Assembly: GCA_002269645.1 (NCBI GenBank)
Contig: NIVC01001159.1
Span: 423,414-487,413 of the forward strand
Source: Macrostomum lignano
Taxonomy: Eukaryota
Direction of reading: 5' to 3'
DNA: 64,000 bases
The notes below the pieces were generated by a model. That model did not search any database. It was not told where the DNA came from and worked only from the letters and a program-made list of their open reading frames with translations. Below are positions 37,909 to 49,374 of the stretch, piece by piece; the stretch's first letter is position 1; each line of letters opens with the position of its first letter. The position numbers were made by a program, and so were the translations under genes.

Positions 37909-39088
37909 CGCTTGTCAGCAAAGGCGCCACTACTCGGGCGGCAGTGGAACTGTTGTTGTCAAGTCTGGCGCCGTCAGTGGCAGAGCAGCCGGGACAAAGC
38001 CAACGCCAATGCCCGGCTGCGGATGCTGCGAATTCTGTCGCCGCTGCTCGACTGCGTCTGCCCCGCCGCCCTGGACATGAGCCGGCCGGAGGCGGAGCGC
38101 CGACAGGCATTGATTAGCAGCGTGCTGGCAATACAGGTGAAATTTAAAGTCAGAATTCATTGTTTATTTAAGGTCAGGGTTTGGGGTTTATTAGAGGTCA
38201 GGGTTCGGGGTTTATTTAAGGTTAGGATTCAGTATTTATTTAAGGTCGGGTTTCAGGGTTCATTTAAGGTCAGGTTTCAAGGTTCATTTAAGGTTAGGAT
38301 TCAGCGTTTATTTAAGGTCAGGTTTCAGGGTTTATTTAAGATCAGGTTTCAGGGTTCATTTAAGGTCAGGTTTCAAGGTTTATTTAAGGTCAGGTTTCAG
38401 GGTTTATTTAAGGTCAGATTTCAGGGTTTATTAAGGTCAGGTTTCAGGGTTCATTTAAGGTCACGTTTCAAGGTTCATATAAGGTCCCGTTTCAGGATTT
38501 AGAGTTCAGGATTCAGAAGGTCAGGATTCAGAGTTCAAGTCAAGGTCAGGATTCAGGTCAAGGTCAGGGTTCAGGTCAAGGTCAGGATTCAGAGTTCAGG
38601 TCAAGGTCAGGATTCAGGGTTCAGTAAGGTCAGGGTTCAGGTCAAGGTCAAGATTCAATTCCAGCAGAGCTCGTGTCCGCAAAGTTCGTGATAAAACGCT
38701 ATCACTTCGCAGGCGCAGGCCATGATCTGCAACTCGCCGCCGCTGCAAGAGGTCGCCCCCGATCTCAACCGGTTCGACGAGGACGCCTGGCACGAGGCGC
38801 TATCGGCTACGGACTGTCTGGAGCTGCTGAACAATCTGCGATCGATTCGCCGGAGCCACGACGAGGACGACGCCGATGCGGCGGTCGGCGAAGAGGCCGA
38901 GTCGCCCAGCTTGGAGACCCCCAAGGACTGGCAGGAGCGCCCGCCGCTGCTGTTGGACGCAACCTGGGAGGAGCAGCTCAGCTATGCGGATGTCTTCAGC
39001 GTGAGTAGCATGAGTCTGTCTGCCTGTCTGTCTGTCTGTCTGCCTGTCTGTCTGTCTGCCTGCCTGTCTGTCTGTCTGTCTGCCTGTG

Positions 39089-39161
<73 letters not shown>

Positions 39162-39228
39162 GCGTGTCTGTCTGTCTGCCTGCCTGTCTGTCTGCCTGTC
39201 TTTCTGTCTGTCTGTTTGTCTGTCTGCC

Positions 39229-39269
<41 letters not shown>

Positions 39270-39284
39270 GCCTGTCTGTCTGCC

Positions 39285-39317
<33 letters not shown>

Positions 39318-39368
39318 GCCTGTCTGTCTGTCTGCCTGCCTGTCTGCCTGTCTGTCTGTCTGTCTGCC

Positions 39369-39405
<37 letters not shown>

Positions 39406-40026
39406 GGCTGCCTGTCTGTCTGACTTCTTTCCTTCCACTTGCCAGCACTCCCAGAAGCATCTGCCAATCAGTTATCGAGTCTTCCCGGCCATCCTCACCA
39501 CCCCCGCTCCCAGGTCGGCACGCAGCTCCGCCGCCTCCTCCGCTGCAACCGCCGGCACGGCCTGCCGTTCCTCCCGACCCTCTGCGGCCTGTCGCCTCAC
39601 GGCCGACTCCAGCGCCGTCTCGACGGTGCGCTGCAGTCGCCGCCGCCGCCAGCCACAGAATTTGTTCGAACATCGCGTCCTTGGCGCGAGATGGCCCCGC
39701 CTGGCCGCGCTCTGATTTTCATCTCCCCGGACGCGATGAAGCTACTGACCTGCTGGAGGCCCGACGCTGTCTACGTGCTGCCCTGCGCTGTCAATCGGAC
39801 CAGCGGTCTGAACCGGACCTTGGCCCGCCAGGCCGTCCGCTCCGGCGCCCTCTGCGTTCGCCTGCCGCTTGACGCCTTGCCCAAAACGGTGCGGCCCGAC
39901 CTGGAGGTCCTCGCCAGAGTTCTGCTAGCCATGCGCATCTCCCATGGTGCGCAGCAGGATTGGCGAATCATCTTGAACCGGCTGACAACCAGGCGTGACC
40001 CAAACTTCGATGCCGGCTTGGTCTGA
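37909..40026 (+). CDS. TRMT10C: TRM10-family SPOUT tRNA m1R9 methyltransferase, most like mitochondrial TRMT10C/MRPP1; exons 37909-38136, 38713-39000, 39514-40026; no ATG at the 5' end
   Basis: PPLLLDATWE, GTQLRRLLRCNRRHGLPF..LCGL, LIFISPDA, VYVL..V and VRLPLD match TRM10 motifs in order. Phase-0 GT-AG introns (CAG|GTGAAA, AGC|GTGAGT). Arg-rich, acid-poor N-terminus. Paralogue assignment (C rather than A/B) is inferred. Confidence 0.7.
38160..38650. repeat. 24-bp (TTTATTTAAGGTCAGGTTTCAGGG) then about 18-bp (GGTCAAGGTCAGGATTCA) arrays, TRMT10C intron 1
   Basis: Direct inspection. Confidence 0.9.
39012..39421. repeat. (CTGT)n microsatellite, TRMT10C intron 2
   Basis: Direct inspection. Confidence 0.95.
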
Positions 40027-40059
40027 GTGCTCTTTATGCACTGCTGCGCCCATTGCCCA

Positions 40060-40415
40060 GTGTGCACCCAGCCTCTCCCCGCCACCACCCCAGCCCAATG
40101 TACACTCAGCCTCTCCCCACCTCCACCGCAGCCCAGTGTACACTCAGCCTCTCCCCACCTCCACCCCAGCCCAGTGTACACTCAGCCTCTCCCCACCTCC
40201 ACCGCAGCCCAGTGTACACTCAGCCTCTCCCCGCCGCCACCACCCCAGCCCAGTGTACACTCAGCCTCTCCCCGCCACCACCCCAGCCCAGTGTACACTC
40301 AACCTCTCCCCGCCACCACCCCAGCCCAGTGTACACTCAACCTCTCCCCGCCGCCACCACCCCAGCCCAGTGTACACTCAACCTCTCCCAGCCACCAACC
40401 CCAGCCCAGTGTACA
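40060..40415. repeat. About 38-bp minisatellite CCCAGCCCAGTGTACACTCAGCCTCTCCCCGCCACCAC just after the TRMT10C stop
   Basis: Direct inspection. Confidence 0.95.
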
Positions 40416-40759
40416 CCATCCCAGTCTAATCTATCTAATACAGCATTTTTATTATTAAAGAATCGCGTTCTATTCGGGATTTGTGTACTTTTCATCAACA
40501 AGTGAAGTGTTCGCCTTTGGTTTGACTGATTAACTGTTGAAAATAAATGGCGCTATTTTCATTTGCGAATGCTAGTTTTAGAGTGCATAATTTTTAACAT
40601 ATTTGAAAAATTTTTGCCTTTTTTACATAATTTTACTTGTATTTAGATTATCTTTTAGCTTAATAAAATGCTAGAAAATGTTTATGCATTTCCGATATTG
40701 ATCAAAAATACTGTAACTTTACTGGGCTAGAATTATTTTCCGATTAGAAATATAATGAA

Positions 40760-43700
40760 TCTACTAGTACGTCCCTCCGATATGTATCGAATGTATAAAA
40801 AGTCTACTAGTACGTCCCTCCGATATGTATCGAATGTATAAAAAATCTACTAGTATTTCCCTCCGATATGTATCGAATGTATAAAAAATCTACTAGTACG
40901 TCCCTCCGATATGTATCGAAAGTATAAAAAATCTACAAGTATTTCCTTCCGATATGTATCGAAAGTATAAAAAATCTACTAGTATTTCCCTTCGATATGT
41001 ATCGAAAGTATAAAAAATCTACTAGTATTTCCCTCCGATATGTATCGAATGTATAAAAAATCTACTAGTATTTCCCTCCGATATGTATCGAATGTATAAA
41101 AAATCTACTAGTACGTCCCTCCGATATGTATCGAATGTATAAAAAATCTACTAGTATTTCCCTCCGATATGTATCGAATGTATAAAAAATCTACTAGTAT
41201 TTCCCTCCGATATGTATCGAATGTATAAAAAATCTACTAGTATTTCCCTCCGATATGTATCGAAAGTATAAAAAATCTACTAGTACGTCCCTCCGATATG
41301 TATCGAAAGTATAAAAAATCTACTAGTATTTCCCTCCGATATGTATCGAATGTATAAAAAATCTACTAGTACGTCCCTCCGATATGTATCGAAAGTGTAA
41401 AAAATCTACTAGTATTTCCCTCCGATATGTATCGAATGTATAAAAAATCTACTAGTATTTCCCTCCGATATGTATCGAATGTATAAAAAATCTAGTTTTT
41501 CCCTCCGATATGTATCGAATGTATAAAAAATCTACTAGTACGTCCCTCCGATATGTATCGAAAGTATAAAAAATCTACTAGTATTTCCCTCCGATATGTA
41601 TCGAAAGTATAAAAAATCTACTAGTATTTCCCTCTGATATGTATCGAATGTATAAAAAATCTACTAGTACGTCCCTCCGATATGTATCGAAAGTATAAAA
41701 AATCTACTAGTATTTCCCTCCGATATGTATCAAATGTATAAAAAATCTACTAGTATTTCCCTCCGATATGTATCGAATGTATAAAAAATCTACTAGTATT
41801 TCCCTCCGATATGTATCGAAAGTATAAAAAATCTACTAGTACGTCCCTCCGATATGTATCGAATGTATAAAAAATCTACTAGTATTTCCCTCCGATATGT
41901 ATCGAATGTATAAAAAGTCTACTAGTACGTCCCTCCGATATGTATCGAATGTATAAAAAATCTACTAGTATTTCCCTCCGATATGTATCGAATGTATAAA
42001 AAATCTACTAGTATTTCCCTCCGATATGTATCGAAAGTATAAAAAATCTACTAGTACGTCCCTCCGATATGTATCGAAAGTATAAAAAGTCTACTAGTAC
42101 GTCCCTCCGATATGTATCGAAAGTATAAAAAATCTACTAGTATTTCCCTCCGATATGTATCGAAAGTATAAAAAATCTACTAGTATTTCCCTCCGATATG
42201 TATCGAATGTATAAAAAATCTACTAGTATTTCCCTCCGATATGTATCTAATGTATAAAAAATCTACTAGTATTTCCCTCCGATATGTATCGAATGTATAA
42301 AAAATCTACTAGTATTTCTCTCCGATATGTATCGAATGTATAAAAAATCTACTAGTATTTCTCTCCGATATGTATCGAATGTATAAAAAATCTACTAGTA
42401 TTTCCCTCCGATATGTATCGAATGTATAAAAAATCTACTAGTATTTCCCTCCGATATGTATCGAATGTATAAAAAATCTACTAGTATTTCCCTCCGATAT
42501 GTATCGAATGTATAAAAAATCTACTAGTACGTCCCTTCGATATGTATCGAAAGTATAAAAAATCTACTAGTATTTCCCTCCGATATGTATCGAAAGTATA
42601 AAAAATCTACTAGTATTTCCCTCCGATATGTATCGAAAGTATAAAAAATCTACTAGTATTTCCCTCCGATATGTATCGAATGTATAAAAAATCTACTAGT
42701 ATTTCCCTCCGATATGTATCGAAAGTATAAAAAATCTACTAGTATTTCCCTCCGATATGTATCGAATGTATAAAAAATCTAGTTTTTCCCTCTGATATGT
42801 ATCGAATGTATAAAAAATCTACTAGTACGTCCCTCCGATATGTCTCGAAAGTATAAAAAATCTACTAGTACGTCCCTCCGATATGTATCGAATGTATAAA
42901 AAATCTACTAGTATTTCCCTCCGATATGTATCGAAAGTCTAAAAAATCTACTAGTACTTCTTTTCCGATATGTATCGAAAGTATAAAAAATCTACTAGTA
43001 TTTCCCTCCGATATGTATCGAATGTATAAAAAAATCTACTAGTACGTCCCTCCGATATGTATCGAAAGTATAAAAAGTCTACTAGTACGTCCCTCCGATA
43101 TGTATCGAATGTATAAAAAATCTACTAGTATTTCCCTCCGATATGTATCGAATGTATAAAAAATCTACTAGTATTTCCCTCCGATATGTATCGAATGTAT
43201 AAAAAATCTACTAGTACGTCCCTCCGATATGTATCGAAAGTATAAAAAATCTACTAGTACGTCCCTCCGATATGTATCGAATGTATAAAAAATCTACTAG
43301 TATTTCCCTCCGATATGTATCGAATGTATAAAAAATCTACTAGTACGTCCCTCCGATATGTATCGAAAGTATAAAAAGTCTACTAGTACGTCCCTCCGAT
43401 ATGTATCGAATGTATAAAAAATCTACTAGTATTTCCCTCCGATATGTATCGAATGTATAAAAAATCTACTAGTATTTCCCTCCGATATGTATCGAATGTA
43501 TAAAAAGTCTACTAGTATTTCCCTCCGATATGTATCGAAAGTATAAAAAATCTACTAGTACTTCCCTCCGATATGTATCGAAAGTATAAAAAATCTACTA
43601 GTACGTCCCTCCGATATGTATCGAATGTATAAAAAGTCTACTAGTACGTCCCTCCGATATGTATCGAATGTATAAAAAATCTACTAGTACGTCCCTCCGA

Positions 43701-44637
43701 TATGTCTCGAAAGTATAAAAAATCTACTAGTACGTCCCTCCGATATGTATCGAATGTATAAAAAATCTACTAGTATTTCCCTCCGATATGTATCGAAAGT
43801 CTAAAAAATCTACTAGTACTTCTTTTCCGATATGTATCGAAAGTATAAAAAATCTACTAGTATTTCCCTCCGATATGTATCGAAAGTATAAAAAATCTAC
43901 TAGTATTTCCCTCCGATATGTATCGAAAGTATAAAAAATCTACTAGTATTTCCCTTCGATATGTATCGAATGTATAAAAAATCTACTAGTACGTCCCTCC
44001 GATATGTATCGAAAGTATAAAAAATCTACTAGTACGTCCCTCCGATATGTATCGAATGTATAAAAAGTCTACTAGTACGTCCCTCCGATATGTATCGAAT
44101 GTATAAAAAATCTACTAGTATTTCCCTCCGATATGTATCGAAAGTCTAAAAAATCTACTAGTACTTCTTTTCCGATATGTATCGAATGTATAAAAAATCT
44201 ACTAGTATTTCCCTCCGATATGTATCGAATGTATAAAAAGTCTACTAGTACGTCCCTCCGATATGTATCGAATGTATAAAAAATCTACTAGTATTTCCCT
44301 CCGATATGTATCGAATGTATAAAAAATCTACTAGTACGTCCCTCCGATATGTATCGAATGTATAAAAAATCTACTAGTATTTCCCTCCGATATGTATCGA
44401 ATGTATAAAAAATCTGCTAGTATTTCCCTCCGATATGTATCGAAAGTATAAAAAATCTACTAGTACGTCCCTCTGATATGTATCGAAAGTATAAAAAATC
44501 TACTAGTATTTCCCTCCGATATGTATCGAATGTATAAAAAGTCTACTAGTATTTCCCTCCGATATGTATCGAAAGTATAAAAAATCTACTAGTACTTCCC
44601 TCCGATATGTATCGAAAGTATAAAAAATCTACTAGTA
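40760..44637. repeat. 3.9-kb homogeneous satellite, 43-bp unit CCCTCCGATATGTATCGAATGTATAAAAAATCTACTAGTATTT, about 90 copies
   Basis: Period measured between 40773 and 40816; ends 30 bp before the TMEM242 acceptor. Confidence 0.97.
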
Positions 44638-44667
44638 ATTCGCTTTCTCTCGCAATTCGAACTTCAG

Positions 44668-45081
44668 TCGGACCCGCTTGACAACGACGAGCGCCGGCCG
44701 GGAGTTGCGCCCGCCCTGCTGCTCGTCGGCACGGCGCTCACCTCAGCCGGCGCCGGTTTCGGCGCCACGGTCGCTTTGTCCCGGCGCAGGGAAGCCGCCG
44801 CTAGCGGCAGCGCCGGTGCCAGCCTTCGACACGGCGCCGACGGTACTCGCCTGGCGCTGCGCGCCCTCGGCTGGGGCAGCGCCGCCGCATTTGTTGGCGT
44901 CTCGGTCGTCACTGCCGCCTCCCTTGCCCTGGCTGGAGTTCGCAGCCTCACCGATCTGCGCGTTCCAGCGTCGCCCGCTTCGCCGAGCGGCGGTCGACGG
45001 GACTTCAAAACTGTTCGAGAGCTGGTGGACTTCCTGCTGAGCGAGGATGCCAGGATGGGCGGACTCGGGACAGATAGCTGA
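44668..45081 (+). CDS. TMEM242: TMEM242 (DUF1358) mitochondrial membrane protein; single coding block starting at a 3' splice site, with no upstream in-frame ATG
   Basis: LALRALGWGS motif as in TMEM242, preceded by the hydrophobic segment ALLLVGTALTSAGAGFGATVALSRRR and followed by a second TM segment. Acceptor CTTCAG at 44662-44667. 137 codons plus stop. Confidence 0.85.
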   Translation, partial: SDPLDNDERRPGVAPALLLVGTALTSAGAGFGATVALSRRREAAASGSAGASLRHGADGTRLALRALGWGSAAAFVGVSVVTAASLALAGVRSLTDLRVPASPASPSGGRRDFKTVRELVDFLLSEDARMGGLGTDS

Positions 45082-45109
45082 ATCACTGCCACATCTGCGA
45101 CTTTGGGTG

Positions 45110-45930
45110 CTTCACATGTGTGTGTTTCACCTGTGTGTGTTTCACCTGTGTGTGTTTCACCTGTGTGTGTTTCACCTGTGTGTGTTTCACCTGTGTGTGT
45201 GTTTCACCTGTGTGTGTTTCACATGTGTGTTTCACCTGTGTGTGTTTCACCTGTGTGTGCTTCACCTGTGTGTGTTTCACCTGTGTGCGTTTCACCTGTG
45301 TGTGTTTCACCTGTGTGTGTTTCACCTGTGTGTGTTTCACCTGTGTGTGTTTCACATGTGTGTGTTTCACCTGTGTGTGTTTCACCTGTGTGTGTTTCAC
45401 CTGTGTGTGTTTCACCTGTGTGTGTTTCACCTGTGTGTGTTTCACCTGTGTGTGTTTCACCTGTGTGTGTTTCACATGTGTGTTTCACCTGTGTGTGTTT
45501 CACCTGTGTGTGCTTCACCTGTGTGTGTTTCACATGTGTGTGTTTCACCTGTGTGTGTTTCACCTGTGTGTGTTTCACCTGTGTGTGTTTCACCTGTGTG
45601 TGTTTTACCTGTGTGTGTTTCACCTGTGTGTGTTTCACCTGTATGTGTTTCACATGTGTGTGTTTCACCTGTGTGTGTTTCACCTGTGTGTGTTTCACCT
45701 GTGTGTGTTTTACCTGTGTGTGTTTCACCTGTGTGTGTTTTACCTGTGTGTGTTTTACCTGTGTGTGTTTCACCTGTGTGTGTTTCACATGTGTGTGTTT
45801 CACCTGTGTGTGTTTCACCTGTGTGTGTTTTACCTGTGTGTGTTTCACCTGTGTGTGTTTTACCTGTGTGTGTTTCACCTGTGTGTGTTTCACCTGTGTG
45901 TGTTTCACCTGTATGTTTCACCTGTATGTT
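45110..45930. repeat. 15-bp minisatellite TGTGTGTGTTTCACC just after the TMEM242 stop
   Basis: Direct inspection. Confidence 0.95.
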
Positions 45931-46035
45931 TAACAGTCTTTTCAGCTGTCCCTTCATGCCTGTTTGTTTGTTATACTGTTTTACTGTCATTCAGGCTTTT
46001 ATAAACCAGCTTGCATAAAGATTATTTTCGTGTAA

Positions 46036-46226
46036 AATAAAACAATGAATACTGAATATTGAAGCAGCATTTATTATCACACAAAATATGTACGAAGTGG
46101 CACATTTTTATTGTTTCTGGGAGTTTCAATTAATTTGTTATACTTTTTAAAAGAATTCAATGATCTGAATAAAATAGCTTCTACGGACTACTTGCAGTAG
46201 ATAATGCGAATATCGTGCTGTTTCAG
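46036..46226 (+). promoter_or_regulatory. Candidate intercistronic module: AATAAA (46036, 46168) followed by a TGTTTCAG acceptor (46225-46226) 17 nt before the SDR ATG
   Basis: The motifs are seen directly; their role as poly(A) signal plus trans-splice site is inferred. Confidence 0.4.
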
Positions 46227-46243
46227 TTCCAAACGTTTCGAAA

Positions 46244-49200
46244 ATGCTCGCAATCTTAACTGAAGTGGTCTGCCTGCTCTGCCAGATTGTGGCTGACATC
46301 GCCAAGAGCGCCTACAACAATTTCACCCCAGCCTCCTGGCGCAGCAAAAACATCTCCGGCCAGACAGCCGTGGTTACTGGCGCTGGTAAGCGGCGGGTTT
46401 TACAAAGGAGTTACAAAGTGATTTTCTCGTACTTTTCAATCTGACTAACTGCCTACTCATAGTAGCTCCTTTCAATTTAGCCTGTGCCGGCTTTAAAATT
46501 AAGCGGCTATACTTAAAAGTTTATTGTTATTGTTCTAATCTACCGGTATTTTCTTTCAGATATGTATCGAAAGTAAAATATATCTACAATAAAGTATTTC
46601 CTGCCGATATGTATCGAGAGTATAATAAATCTACTAGTGTTTTCTTCCGATATGTAAATTTTGTAATTTTATATGTAAATTTTTACATGTAAATTTCAAA
46701 ACGGATATTCCAACTCGCAAAAGACCATAGCATCTGAGTTCACTACTCTGTCAGCTGGTCGATTTTTTATGTAACTATCAGTTTGTAATATTTTTGCATA
46801 TCGTTATATTGCTACTCTTAAGTAGGCGATTAAATATCACACATAAAACACAACATCTCTGGAACCGTCATCAGCCAGCGGCCTCGGCCGTCTGCTGGCC
46901 ATCCGGCTGTCCGGCCTCGGCTGCCGCCTCGTCCTCATCGACATCTCGACCGGCGTTGACGACGTGGCCGCCGAGTGCCGCTCGGCCGGCTCGCCAAAAG
47001 TGCAGGCGTACCAATGCGACCTGAGCTCGCGCGAGGTCATCTACGCCACCTGCGAGCGCCTGCTTGCCGACTTCGGCCAGCGCGTCGACATTCTCGTCAA
47101 CAACGCCGGCGTCGTCACTGGCCGGCCGTTTCTGGACTGTCCGGACGCCATGATTCGGCGAACCATGGCGGTGAACATCGAGGCTCATTTCTGGCTTTGC
47201 AAAGCTCTGCTGCCCGGCATGATCGAGCGGAACTGCGGCCACGTTGTCACCGTGGCCTCGGGCGCCGGCCAGGTGAGACCAGCATTGCTCAGCCCCCCCC
47301 CGATCCTTCAGTGACTGCAACCGCCACCTCAGCCCCCCCCTGATCCTTCAGTGGCTGCCACCGCCACCTCAGCCCCCCCCCTGATCCTTCAGTGGCTGCC
47401 ACCGCCACCTCAGCCCCCCCCCCTGATCCTTCAGTGACTGCCACTGCCACCTCAGCCCCCCCCCCGATCCTTCAGTGGCTGCCACCGCCACTTCAGCCCC
47501 CCCCCTGATCCTTCAGTAGCTGCCACCGCCACCTCATCCCCTCTGATCCTTCAGTAGCTGCCACCGCCACCTCAGCCCCCCCCCTGATCCTTCAGTGGCT
47601 GCTACCGCCACCTCAGCCCCCCCCCTGATCCTTCAGTAGCTGCCACCGCCACCTCATCCCCCCTGATCCTTCAGTAGCTGCCACCGCCACCTCAGCCCCC
47701 TCCCCCTGATCCTTCAGTGGCTGCCACCGCCACCTCAGCCCCCCCCCGATCTTTCAGTGGCTGCCACTGCCACCTCAGCCCCCCCCTGATCCTTCAGTGG
47801 CTGCCACTGCCACCTCAGCCCCCCCCCTGATCCTTCAGTGGCTGCCACCGCCACCTCAGCCCCCCATCCTTCAGTGGCCACCCCGATCCCTCAGTCCCTG
47901 ACCAGCGCTGACCAATGCTCGCCAACCATGCTCACTCCACAGCTCGGGGTGCCCAGCCTCTCTGACTACTGTGCCAGCAAGTTCGCCGCGGTTGGCTTCG
48001 ACGAATCATTGAAATTCGAGCTGGCCTCCCGCGGCAACGGCGGGGTGCGCACCACCTGCGTGTGCCCCTACTACATTAACACCGGCATGTTCGATGGCGT
48101 GGTCAGCCGCTTCCCCCGGCTGCTGCCCGTGATGAATCCCGACTATGTGATTGACAAGATGGTGCAAGCAATCCTCACCAACCAGGAGCTACTGGTGCTG
48201 CCGCGGCTGCTCTATTATACCAATATCATTCACAAGTGAGTCCAGGGTCTGCTTAGATCACAGTGGGCTCTCTGATTGTATCGTCTGGATGGGAAACCTC
48301 CCAGATCCTCAGTTGCTGGGCCAGCCTCCCAGATCCTCAGTTGCTGGGCCAGCCTCCCAGATCCTCAGTTGCTGGGCCAGCCTCCCAGATCCTCAGTTGC
48401 TGGTCGAGCCTCCCAGATCCTCAGTTTCTGGGCCAGCCTTCCAGATCCTCAGTTGCTGGGCCAGCCTCCCAGATCCTCAGTTGCTGGGCCAGCCTCCCAG
48501 ATCCTCAGTTGCTGGGCCAGGCACCCAGAGTGTCAGTTGCTGGGTCAGCCTTCCAGATCCTCAGTTGCTGGTCGAGCCTCCCAGATCCTCAGTTGCTGGG
48601 CCAGCCTCTCAGATCCTCAGTTGCTAGGCCAGCCTCCCAGAGCCTCAGTTGCTGGGCCAGCCTCCCAGATCCTCAGTTTCTGGGCCAGCCTTCCAGATCC
48701 TCAGTTGCTGGGCCAGCCTCCCAGAGTGTCAGTTGCTGGGCCAGCCTCCCAGAGTGTCAGTTGCTGGGTCAGCCTTCCAGATCCTCAGTTGCTGGTCGAG
48801 CCTCCCAGATCCTCAGTTGCTGGGCCAGCCTCTCAGATCCTCAGTTGCTAGGCCAGCCTCCCAGAGTGTCAGTTTCTGGGCCAGCCTCCCAGATCCTCAG
48901 TTTCTGGGCCAGCCTTCCAGATCCTCAGTTGCTGGGCCAGCCTCCCAGATCCTCAGTTGCTGGGCCAGCCTTCCAGATCCTCAGTTGCTAGGCCAGCCTC
49001 CCAGAGTGTCAGTTGCTGGGCCAGCCTCCCAGATCCTCAGTTGCTGAGACGCCACCTACCGATGCCCCAGCTCGTCGGCCTCAAGTAGAGTTGTAGTCGT
49101 CGCAGTTATTTAGCTTTCAGAGGGCTTTAGGCCCTGCTGCGAACCAATGCTCGGAGGCAGGCAATCCTGCCCATATCGCTGACTCCAGAGCAGGCACTCA

Positions 49201-49374
49201 TACAGAGTGCACAGCTGACTGTCGCACCGCCTGGCACCGCAAATTCCGCTGCCGCCCCCTTTCAGGATGGTGCCAGTTAGCGTCTCTTACAAGCTGCTGA
49301 ACTTCTTCGGCGTCTTCGACTCCATGGCCGGATTCCGCGGTCGCCAAGGCGGCGCCGACGCCAAGAAAGATTAA
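46244..49374 (+). CDS. SDR16C5: Short-chain dehydrogenase/reductase of the SDR16C type (retinol dehydrogenase / 17beta-HSD11-like), 313 aa; exons 46244-46385, 46875-47272, 47943-48235, 49266-49374
   Basis: VVTGAASGLG Rossmann motif across intron 1, ILVNNAGV, HVVTVAS, catalytic YCASK, CPYYINTGMF and an N-terminal hydrophobic anchor. Exon phases 1/0/2 are consistent; 942 nt in total. The symbol is a family-level assignment. Confidence 0.88.
47285..47880. repeat. About 40-bp minisatellite [43 protein letters not shown] intron 2
   Basis: Direct inspection. Confidence 0.95.
48290..49047. repeat. 28-bp minisatellite CCTCCCAGATCCTCAGTTGCTGGGCCAG, SDR intron 3
   Basis: Direct inspection. Confidence 0.95.

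Noticed and set aside
40760-44637. CRISPR-like appearance: palindromic repeats at a regular period of about 43 bp
   Set aside because: There are no unique spacers (units are head-to-tail near-identical), no cas genes, and the context is eukaryotic. The same applies to all other arrays.
45047-46018. Cys/His-rich ORFs (CVFHL, VKHTQ, GETHT) resembling metal-binding proteins
   Set aside because: They are translations of the 15-bp TG-rich array in several frames on both strands.
46244-49374. Idea that the SDR next to TRMT10C is its RNase P partner SDR5C1/HSD17B10
   Set aside because: The N-terminal membrane anchor, YCASK and CPYYINTGMF motifs and 313-aa length indicate the SDR16C family, not SDR5C1.
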